Shown here in pieces: positions 21,601 through 28,659 of a stretch of 64,000 bases of DNA. Made by a program: the position numbers and the translations under genes. The notes beneath the pieces were generated by a model. It saw only the letters and a list, made by a program, of their open reading frames with translations, searched no databases and was not told the DNA's origin. This stretch comes from an uncultured Verrucomicrobiae bacterium (GTDB lineage Bacteria > Verrucomicrobiota > Verrucomicrobiia > Chthoniobacterales > UBA10450): the NCBI GenBank assembly GCA_963726745.1, contig CAVSDR010000004.1, forward strand, positions 224,001 to 288,000. The letters run 5' to 3'. How positions within the stretch are numbered: the first letter of the stretch is position 1; each line of letters starts with the position of its first letter.

Positions 21601-22573
21601 GCACCGGCGTATCCAATGGGTCGCGCGAAAGCGTGGTCGGATACGTCGAAGTGGTCGTCTCCGCCGGCGTGAGCAGGCCGTTGGCTGCCACATTATAACG
21701 CGCGATGTAGGAACCCGCCCAGCCCGCCGTCCAGCCGTATTGCACCCAGCCGACCAGCGTCCCGCGATCCGGCGTGAGCGCAAAATCGCCGCAGCCGTAA
21801 TTATTGCTGCCACCGATGTAAACCGTCTGCAGGACCGTGCGGGTCGCCCGATCAAACACGCGCAAAGCCGGCGCCCACTCGCCGTCGGTATAGTAAAGAA
21901 TGTTCCCGCTCCCGACCTTGAGGTTCGCGCTCGTGTCGCTCTGACCCCACTCCGTGTAAGCGGGCAAGGCAATCGTCTCCTTCACCGCCCACGTCTCCAG
22001 GTTGATCACCGTCAGGGCGCGGTCCACGCTGTTGATCACGAACAACTCCGAGCCATCGTTCGAGACCGCCAGATCGGTCGGCTTGTTCCCGACGGTCACG
22101 CTCCCGAGGAGTTGCGCGTTAATCGGATCGTAAATCAACACCGCGCCGCGCAGCAGCCCGTTCTGGTGCACCGCGTAAACCCGCGAGCGAAACGGGTCAG
22201 CCAGCAATTTCACCACATTGAGCTGCGACACCGCCGCGCGCACAAAGAACGTCCGCGTATCGCCCCCCTGGGTCGCTGTGATCGTCGCCGTGTAGGAAGC
22301 ATTGATCAGCCCACTGGTGGCAAAACTGAGCCGCACACTCCTGCCCGCCGCATCCACCGAAGGCGTCACCCAGGCTGCATCCGACTGCACCCCGAGCGCG
22401 CCGTAATCGAAAGTGCCGGCGGCGTTGATCGGCACCCGCACGTCTGCGTGATTGGCCGGCGGCGCCACCACCACATCCACCTGCGAAACCGCGAAAGTGA
22501 AAGGCTCGCCCATGGCCCCGGCGCAGATGAGGAAAGAAGCCGAGACCAGAGAGAAGAAAGATGCGGCTTTCAT
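18689..22573 (-). CDS. Large secreted protein: BACON-like/YVTN beta-propeller units, FN3, Pro-Thr linker, tandem 'NISTR' C-terminal domains
   Basis: Signal peptide MKAASFFSLVSASFLICAGAMG; 'SDAAWVT' and 'AAEPWIT' BACON-like motifs; 'TVGNKPTDLAVS'; WSEQ...YEFRIKA FN3; C-terminal LRNISTRGRVQTGDNVMIAGF repeated as LANVSSRTRVENGDNVMIGGF. Confidence 0.85.
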   Translation of the reverse strand: MKAASFFSLVSASFLICAGAMGEPFTFAVSQVDVVVAPPANHADVRVPINAAGTFDYGALGVQSDAAWVTPSVDAAGRSVRLSFATSGLINASYTATITATQGGDTRTFFVRAAVSQLNVVKLLADPFRSRVYAVHQNGLLRGAVLIYDPINAQLLGSVTVGNKPTDLAVSNDGSELFVINSVDRALTVINLETWAVKETIALPAYTEWGQSDTSANLKVGSGNILYYTDGEWAPALRVFDRATRTVLQTVYIGGSNNYGCGDFALTPDRGTLVGWVQYGWTAGWAGSYIARYNVAANGLLTPAETTTSTYPTTLSRDPLDTPVLISNDGRLAFVKQLAVLAHAVTQTQSGFPSPVYSISDGGEIAATKTAIYEVQSGSKVYDLPVASSVQAITADYARLVYYHPTQHVLGTVNLTTAVGDVILKRTLSPANGSIVLPPASLRWSALPGAEKYQIYLGTSESAVQMAGLGSPSFLGETRTPEFTLGTPLTAGLTYYWRIDTVTAHETSRSDVYHFTVSDISASPAQIITATVRGHTNHTIPIALDSSSTGKAWQASAAEPWITFVQTSGVTPATLRVVLNAGQLAPGTYNGAVRIAGSSGGPFSIPVQLRVDPLKLTILKSDRSSAMVYGVSEDPSVTPTVAYLLEIDSASQAVTRVLAVGNSVTDLALHLPENRIYVPNWKGGSLLAVDRASFALARTYGFSPAGAVGSSSNDVFRVTASGAGRVIVEEYDQWINVSIFDTNAGTKLANSFQRQGGGATDPTGRYYYHGDDNSSGAQLHKLDLTGDRFSELGAARINPYGYYGSRVVVASEDGSRIFWNGEAYDPNLVGVTNLRDFIYAASKDGRYAFGQKNIYLTETGVIAYGMPSDTTVSAYNSTTDKLVAQVGAAIGFFSLAGPAAMPAPALSGTRAADGAGATLNWSEQSLETGFTLQRRIIGAAYWEDVSSSIAQNATSFADNALVPNESYEFRIKADSPSLSSPWSNVVTLAAPPLPTPTPTATPTPTATPTPTATPTPTATPSPTITPTPTATPTPTPTPFPELRNISTRGRVQTGDNVMIAGFIITGAEPKKVLLRALGPELGTHGVSGFLENPTLELHQPDGSVIFNDDWKQNQKAEIEASTLPPHFDREAAIVATLAPGGYTAIVRGQDGTSGVGLVEVYDLDPSARATLANVSSRTRVENGDNVMIGGFIVNGGSGRRNVLLRALGPSLGRQGVADPLPDTTLSFYDSNGNVTLNDDWQESQEAEITQTGVIPGDPRESALVVSLPPGNYTAIVRGKGGAVGVGLVEVYRLP
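19461..19594 (-). repeat. Pro-Thr-Ala linker tandem repeats (about 18-bp units)
   Basis: Encodes PTPTPTATPTPTATPTPTAT...; degenerate gtgggcgttgcagtcgg units. Confidence 0.9.
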
Positions 22574-22676
22574 GCGAGGGATGCGCCGAGTGCAGCGCTT
22601 TCTTCTGCAAGAAGCAAGAATTTGTCTCCACCTCCGGAACGCGTGGTGGGCCACAACGGCTTCGAACACCCGCAAG

Positions 22677-23714
22677 TCACGGACTGGTGACGTAGCGCTC
22701 ATAGGCCGCCGCGTCGTAAACCAGGTCAAGCGTCGGCACGAGCTGGAATTCGCGGCCGCCGAATTTGCGTTTGAAGACGCTGAAGTCCCACCAGGGATGC
22801 TCCGGGTTGTCCGCTGGTGAAATGCCCCAGAAGTCATACCAGGCGCAGCCGCGCGCCTTCGCTGCGCGCATGATTTCCCAATGGAGAAGATACGGCGCCA
22901 TCAGCTGCCGCTGCTCGCCTAACGAGCCGCCGTAAAAGTAAGTCGCCTTCTCGCCAAAGAAAATGACCACGGCCGCGGCCAGGCGTTTCCCTTCGTGCTC
23001 GGCGAAGAAAAAGCTGCCTGTTTTTGCCGTCGCCAGCGTCTCGTGCAGGGCCTCGAAGTAGCTATCCGGTTTTTCGCTCATCGGCTGGCGCGCGGCCGTC
23101 TCGCGGTAGATCGCGAGGAAATCAGCCAGCGCTTTGGCGGACGAATCTTCAGCCACGGTTACGCCGTGTCGCTGGGCCAGGCGGATGTTGTAGCGGCCTT
23201 TCGGCTTCATTTGCACGAGGATTTCCACTTCGGGCGGCCGCAGATCCACACAGAGGGTCTCGCGCGGCTCGAGAATCCCGTCGCTCAGCGGTGCGACCGG
23301 TTGCCATCCGCGGACGAAGGCTGGCAAAGTCGCCCAACGCGGCTCGATTCGCAGATGGCTCACGGGAAGCGGCGCGCGCGCGCGCTCCGCTGCGACTGCG
23401 TCGAGCACTGCGGCGAAGATTTGTTCCGCGGCGCCTTCATCAGGCGGCAGGATGGGCCCATCCGGGATGTAGAGGAAACACTCCCCTGGCACGCAGGAGA
23501 ACTTCATTACCAAAGCGCCGCCTAAAATCTTGCCCCCGGACCGCAGAACCGCGCCAAAATGCTCGTAACCTGCGTCGCAGCGAAACTCGGCCCACCACGA
23601 AGTCTGCATGAAGCCGCCATCGGCGCGCGCTTCTACGAACCGATCCCAGGCAGCCCAGCGATTCGGCGGCGCCACCGCGACCGGAGCTTCGGCAAGAGCG
23701 GACGAGTGGTTCAT
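22677..23714 (-). CDS. FemAB/FemX-family (aminoacyl-tRNA-dependent) peptidyl transferase
   Basis: FMQTSWW; VDLR..EILVQMKPKGRYNIRLA; YFYGGS; APYLLHWEIM..AK.RGC.WYDFWGI; FKRKFGG. Confidence 0.88.
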   Translation of the reverse strand: MNHSSALAEAPVAVAPPNRWAAWDRFVEARADGGFMQTSWWAEFRCDAGYEHFGAVLRSGGKILGGALVMKFSCVPGECFLYIPDGPILPPDEGAAEQIFAAVLDAVAAERARAPLPVSHLRIEPRWATLPAFVRGWQPVAPLSDGILEPRETLCVDLRPPEVEILVQMKPKGRYNIRLAQRHGVTVAEDSSAKALADFLAIYRETAARQPMSEKPDSYFEALHETLATAKTGSFFFAEHEGKRLAAAVVIFFGEKATYFYGGSLGEQRQLMAPYLLHWEIMRAAKARGCAWYDFWGISPADNPEHPWWDFSVFKRKFGGREFQLVPTLDLVYDAAAYERYVTSP

Positions 23715-23722
23715 GCGCGCGC

Positions 23723-24673
23723 TTAAGTGTCCGGCACGTAGGCCACGCTGACCTCGAACTTTACCGTGACCTGTTTTACCTGCCGCCGGACGGGCACGAC
23801 CTTGTGCAGCGCCGGGTTGAAGTAATCCTTCAGCATCGGAGGCCGCGGCCCGTCGACGTAATAGGCAGCCGCTTCTTCGACCACGGTATCGGCGATGACC
23901 TCGAGCTCGTCGCGCGTGGCCGCATGCTGGACCACGCAGGGAGCGTGGGAGTAGCCGAGCGCGCGCAAGGCGTAGGCGCGATGGCTGCCATTGTTCAAGA
24001 TGAGCCGGTCGCCGGAGCGAATGGCGTTGAGGAAATTTGAGCCAAAGCCGACCGCCGCGCCGACCACGCCCACGAGCGTGCCGGCGGTGCCCTGGCCGCG
24101 GAGGTGGCGCGGCTCGAGGCGCAGGGTGCGGAGAAAACGAAGGTCGTTAGACGGCGAGATGAAGATGAAAGTGTCGCGGCCGATGCGCTCCCAGGTGACC
24201 GGCGGAGACGGATGATCGTAGGGCAGGCAGAAGCGGAAAATTTCCTCCGCAGTGGGCGTCGGGCCGAGGCGTTCGAGGAGCCGGCGGACGAAGGCGAGAT
24301 CGATGCGCTTTTGATAGACCACCAGCCGGTCGAGCTCGACAAACGCGACCTCGGTCGGCACGGAGTTGAACCCGCGCTGGACCAATGGATCGCTCAAGAA
24401 CTGGAGCAAGAGCGGCTCGTAGGTGGCATCGACCGGGACCGGTTTCCGCCCGGGATGATCGGCCCAGTGGGCCTCGGATTTTTCGAGCTCCGCGACGCGC
24501 TCACGCGCAGCCTTCCACTCGGCGATGAGGACCGCTTCCTCCTCGGGCTCGACCGCCTCGTGCTGGACGAAATGGAGGAAGCTCTTGAGCGACGGACGGC
24601 CCGTGAGGTAGATGGTGTCATCGGCCGAGGCCGTCGGGGGGCGCTGGGCGATTGGTTTGGTTTGCTGGTGAAT
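23723..24673 (-). CDS. Hypothetical protein with ParB/sulfiredoxin-like motif; start uncertain (ATT at 24673 or TTG at 24409)
   Basis: RLILNNGSHRAYAL resembles the ParB/Srx 'xxDGxHR' motif; 'VELDRLVVYQ' upstream. The frame is open and protein-like for 88 codons upstream of the ORF-track start. Confidence 0.7.
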   Translation of the reverse strand: MHQQTKPIAQRPPTASADDTIYLTGRPSLKSFLHFVQHEAVEPEEEAVLIAEWKAARERVAELEKSEAHWADHPGRKPVPVDATYEPLLLQFLSDPLVQRGFNSVPTEVAFVELDRLVVYQKRIDLAFVRRLLERLGPTPTAEEIFRFCLPYDHPSPPVTWERIGRDTFIFISPSNDLRFLRTLRLEPRHLRGQGTAGTLVGVVGAAVGFGSNFLNAIRSGDRLILNNGSHRAYALRALGYSHAPCVVQHAATRDELEVIADTVVEEAAAYYVDGPRPPMLKDYFNPALHKVVPVRRQVKQVTVKFEVSVAYVPDT

Positions 24674-24704
24674 GGCGGTGGCTCCAGGGGGTTGAAGTTG
24701 CTGT

Positions 24705-27008
24705 CTACCACCACGACCAAAACTCGACGCGAAAGGTGCGCGAGATCCGGCGGGTGATGAGATCGATCAAGCGCCGCTGGCCGCATTCGATCTTGGCCAT
24801 GCCGCTCATGCCGGGCTTGAGCAGGCCTGCGCGATTGTCGATCTCGGTGGTCACGAGAATGGTGTTGGCGTTCTTTCCGCTCTCCGGCACGAGCCCGCCG
24901 GCGGGGCCGCTTTTGCCGCCGGAGGCGAGCGCCGTCCCGCCTACGCCCTGCACGGTGGTGGCAATTTCAGTAACTGTGCCGGGGAAGACGCGGTCGGGAT
25001 AGGCGCGCACTTTCAGCGAAACCGTCTGGCCCTTGCGGACATCGGCGATTTCCTTCTCGGGGATGGCCATCTCCGCGGTGATGACCTTGAAGTCGAAGAC
25101 CTTCGCGATCAGGTCGCCTTTGTGGACGAGCTGGTGGCGCATCTCGCTGAGCTGGCGCGAGGGGGTGGTCACGATGCCGGCGGCGGGGCTGAGGACCTTG
25201 GTGAGGCTCAGCTGACTCTGAAGATAGGCGCGCTGGGTCTCGAGGCTGCGGACCATCGCGCGGAGCGCCTCGATTTCCTCCGGGCGGCTTCCGGCCTGGA
25301 GGAGCTGGAGTTTCTTCGAGGCTTCCGCGAGATCACTTTCGCTGCTCGCGACCAGGCGCGCGCTTTCCTCGTAATCGAGCGCGGAAAGAAGCTGCTGCTC
25401 GTTCAACTGCCGGTAACGCTCGAGGCGCGACTGGAGGAATTTCAACTGCTCCTGGTGACGCGCGACGGTGGTTTGCGCGAGCTGGATTTCCTCAAGGCGT
25501 GAGCCGGCTTCGAGGAGCCGCAGGCGGGCTTTGTTCTCGGCCACCTGCGCTTCCACTTTTTGCAGCTCCGCCTGGAGGTCGCGCCCGAAAAGCGCGGCGA
25601 TCGGCTGGCCGGCTTCCACGCGCTCGCCTTCGTCGACGTAGACCACCTCGATGATGCCCTCGATCTCCGCCCGCACGTCGGCGTTGTGGATCGGAAAGGC
25701 GCTCACCGGCCCGGCGACGCGGAGCTCCGCCTTGACTACAAACAGCAAGATGACGACGGCGGCGGCGAGGAGGATTTTCGGGAAACGACTCTTCAGGAAA
25801 CGGGAACGCCGGCGCGGCTCCGAGCGGGCGCGCTTCCCGTGGCCAAAGAGCCGGCGGAATTTTCCCTGGAAACGCACGCCGACGAGCCCGGCGAAAAGAA
25901 AGAAAGCCAGCCGCTGTCCCTGAACCACGAGGTGCTCGCCGATGAGCAGGGCCACGTAAGCGGTGAAGAGAAACGAGAAGGTCCAGGCGATGATCCCATA
26001 GATGAGAAAAACGCGGCGCTCCTGGCGCGCCACTTCCGGGAGCCCGGCGCGCCAGCCACCGAGGGTGCGCAGGAAATCGCCCAGGTAACGGAAGGCGCGC
26101 TTGCGCAAATTTACGATCCCGAGGTAATCGCTGAGCAGGTAATAGCCATCGAGCTTGATCAACGGATTGAAGTTGAAAAACGTCTTGATCCCTGAGGTGG
26201 CCATGACGATGAGCGCGATCCGGCTGATCCAGGTATCAGAGTCGGTCACGCGCCAGCAGAGCGTGGCCAGGGCCCAGATGAAGAGCTCGAGATACGGACC
26301 GGCAAACGACACCCAAAGCCGCTTCCCCTTGGAAAAAAACCACGCGTCGCTCACGTTGCAGAAGAAGGCCGGCTGGAAATAAATCAGCATGAAACCCATC
26401 TCGCGCACTTCGCCGCCGAAGTGTTTGCAGGCGAGCCCGTGGCCAAACTCGTGCGCCGTGGTCACGGCAAAGGCGACCGCAATCAGAAGCGGCAAGGTCG
26501 AGAGCCGATAGAGCTGCGAAGCATCGCCCACGATCTGGTCCCAGTGGAACGCGGAGACGGCTGCGGCGGCGAGAATGGTAGCCGCGGAAAAGACCAGGAA
26601 ACGCGCGGTGAAGGCAAATCGGACCCGCGGATAGAGCCGGTTAAGCAGCCCGTCGGGGTCGAAGAGGCGGAAGCGCAGCGTCATCAGGCCGCCGTCGAGC
26701 CGTTTCGGTTTCGCCGGCGCGCGGTGACCTTTGGCTCCGTTCTCGAGCAGGCTGTTTTTAGCCAGCGTTTTGACAAACGCATTCAGCTCTTCCGGCGGGA
26801 GCGTGGCGCCAAATTTATTCTCCACCCGGTGATTGACCACGTGCAGCGGCGTTTCGCCGTCGAGCTGCTCGGCGATGAAGCGTTCCGCCGCGCGCAGGCG
26901 GTAGAATTGCCGGCTTAGCGGATCCTTGATCACGAGCACGGTGCCCTCGGCCGTGCTTTGCAGACGGCGGTCGAGATCGCCGCGCAATTTCGGCAGGGTC
27001 GCGATCAT
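24705..27008 (-). CDS. PqqD/RRE-like domain + M50 site-2 metalloprotease + HlyD-type membrane fusion protein
   Basis: N-terminal VIKDPLSRQFYRL...QLDGE...FVKTLAKNSLL (PqqD-like); AHEFGH and NFNPLIKLDGYY (M50); lipoyl-half motifs, coiled coil and LKPGMSGMAKI (HlyD). Confidence 0.9.
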   Translation of the reverse strand: MIATLPKLRGDLDRRLQSTAEGTVLVIKDPLSRQFYRLRAAERFIAEQLDGETPLHVVNHRVENKFGATLPPEELNAFVKTLAKNSLLENGAKGHRAPAKPKRLDGGLMTLRFRLFDPDGLLNRLYPRVRFAFTARFLVFSAATILAAAAVSAFHWDQIVGDASQLYRLSTLPLLIAVAFAVTTAHEFGHGLACKHFGGEVREMGFMLIYFQPAFFCNVSDAWFFSKGKRLWVSFAGPYLELFIWALATLCWRVTDSDTWISRIALIVMATSGIKTFFNFNPLIKLDGYYLLSDYLGIVNLRKRAFRYLGDFLRTLGGWRAGLPEVARQERRVFLIYGIIAWTFSFLFTAYVALLIGEHLVVQGQRLAFFLFAGLVGVRFQGKFRRLFGHGKRARSEPRRRSRFLKSRFPKILLAAAVVILLFVVKAELRVAGPVSAFPIHNADVRAEIEGIIEVVYVDEGERVEAGQPIAALFGRDLQAELQKVEAQVAENKARLRLLEAGSRLEEIQLAQTTVARHQEQLKFLQSRLERYRQLNEQQLLSALDYEESARLVASSESDLAEASKKLQLLQAGSRPEEIEALRAMVRSLETQRAYLQSQLSLTKVLSPAAGIVTTPSRQLSEMRHQLVHKGDLIAKVFDFKVITAEMAIPEKEIADVRKGQTVSLKVRAYPDRVFPGTVTEIATTVQGVGGTALASGGKSGPAGGLVPESGKNANTILVTTEIDNRAGLLKPGMSGMAKIECGQRRLIDLITRRISRTFRVEFWSWW

Positions 27009-27126
27009 GGGAGCTGGGAGCGCATCGAACAAGGAGCCGAACTTTTCCGCGTGGAGGAAGGCCGCGAGCCGGGGCCGGCAGCCTTCCCGTCACGTGGAGG
27101 TGACCCCACCGGCCACGGGAGAAACT

Positions 27127-27156
27127 CCCGCTGCGGGTGGTCCATCTAGCAGCGGG
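27127..27156. promoter_or_regulatory. Stem-loop directly after the small peptide gene
   Basis: Perfect 8-bp inverted repeat CCCGCTGC...GCAGCGGG, 2 nt from the stop codon; no long U-tract. Confidence 0.55.
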
Positions 27157-27158
27157 CG

Positions 27159-27326
27159 CTAGTGCTTGGAGCCTTTGCTGCCCTTGCTTCCTTTGGACCC
27201 CTTGCTGCCCTTGGATCCTTTGCTGCCTTTGGACCCTTTGCTGCCGGATCCGCCGCCGCCGCAGCCGAGCCGGCCGGGGGCGATGCGTTGCTCTAGTTTC
27301 TCCAGTTCAAGATTTAGATGATTCAT
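27159..27326 (-). CDS. 55-aa putative precursor peptide: LEQRIAP leader + (Gly-Ser-Lys)9 core (not in ORF track)
   Basis: Hand translation MNHLNLELEKLEQRIAPGRLGCGGGGS(GSK)9H*. RBS GAAAGGAA just upstream of the ATG. Repeat units vary only synonymously (GGC/GGA/GGG, AGC/TCC, AAA/AAG). Confidence 0.9.
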   Translation of the reverse strand: MNHLNLELEKLEQRIAPGRLGCGGGGSGSKGSKGSKGSKGSKGSKGSKGSKGSKH

Positions 27327-27542
27327 CTAATTCCTTTCGCTTGAGCTTGGCGTGTTCACCCGGGCCGCACTCGCGGACCGAGCCTTGCAGTGTGCCAGGC
27401 TGCAAATTGGGGGGTGTGAAAGCTTTCGCCTTCGCGGCGATTAAACCAACCGCGAAGAAACCGGACAAGCCTTTTTTGCCCGCGCGCCGCCTTTAGTCGT
27501 TAGGCGCTTGCGTGCGAGAACCTTCCGCGGAACGTCTGCCGC

Positions 27543-28659
27543 GTGTTTGAACTGCTGCAAACCGATCCCGCGTCGAAAGCCCGCCGCGGCCGCCTAACGA
27601 CCGCGCATGGTGTGATCCAGACGCCGGCGTTCATGCCCGTGGGCACGCAGGGGTCGGTCAAGGCCGTAAGTCCGCGCGAACTCCGGGAGTTGCAGACGCA
27701 GATCCTCCTCGGCAACACCTATCACCTTTTCGTCCGGCCGGGCCTGGAGATTATCCGGCACTTTGGCGGGCTCCATCGTTTCATGAATTGGGACGGGCCC
27801 ATCCTGACCGACAGCGGCGGTTACCAGATCTTCTCGTTAGCCAAGATCCGCCGGATCACCGAGGAAGGCGCGCGCTTCCAAAATCATCTCGACGGCACGC
27901 CCACCTTCATTTCGCCGGAGATCGCGATGGAAATCCAGGCCTCGTTAGGCAGCGACATCGCGATGGTGCTGGATGAATGCCCGCCCTGGCCGTGCGAACG
28001 CGACTACGCCGCGCGGAGTCTGGAGATGACGGCGCGCTGGGCGCGGCGCAGCCAAGAGGCGCCACATGCGGAAGGCCAGTTGATCTTCGGCATCGTGCAA
28101 GGGGCGACGTTTCGCGGATCTGCGCCGGGAGGCGGCGGAGGCGACGGTCGCGCTCGGGTTCGATGGCTATGCCATCGGCGGGGTGAGCGTGGGCGAACCG
28201 GAGCCGGAGATGATGCTCGCAGTGGAAAACAGCGAGCCGTTTCTGCCGAAGGATAAGCCGCGCTATTGCATGGGCCTGGGGACGCCGCCGCAGATCGTCG
28301 AGCTGATCGCGCGCGGCGTGGATATGTTCGATTGCGTGCTGCCGACCCGCCTGGCGCGGCACGGGACGGTCTTCACCGCGGGCGGCACACTGAACTTGAA
28401 GAACGCGGAGTTCGCGCTCGACCGGGGGCCGATCGAAGACGGCTGCAGTTGCCCGGCGTGCGCGGAATTTTCGCGCGGCTACATCCGGCATCTGCTGAAA
28501 GCGGAGGAGATCCTCGGGCTGCGGCTGGTCACGTTGCACAACCTGCATTTTTATCTCGGCCTCACCACGCGTGCGCGCGTCGCGATCGAGGATGGAACCT
28601 TCGCGGAGTTCCGGCGGGAGTTTGTCGGCAACTACGCGGTCCGCGCGGCCGAGTCCTGA
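27543..28659 (+). CDS. tgt: tRNA-guanine transglycosylase (frameshift near 28110)
   Basis: FMPVGT, NTYHL, LTDSGGYQ, GIVQG; then MGLG, DMFDCVLPTR, CSCPAC, HNLHFY. Confidence 0.97.

Noticed and set aside
27165..27245. 9-bp tandem repeat as CRISPR or VNTR
   Set aside because: No spacers or cas genes; the pattern is explained by coding for (GSK)9.
27382..27398. Sigma54 promoter for the precursor (TGGCAC... on minus strand)
   Set aside because: Spacing is GG-N11-GC rather than the strict N10. Not supported unless there is an indel.
27137..27496. Plus-strand Cys/Trp-repeat ORF (LCCPCFLWTPCCPW...) as a Cys-rich peptide
   Set aside because: It is the antisense shadow of the GSK repeat. Variation is synonymous only in the minus-strand frame, which also has the RBS and operon context.
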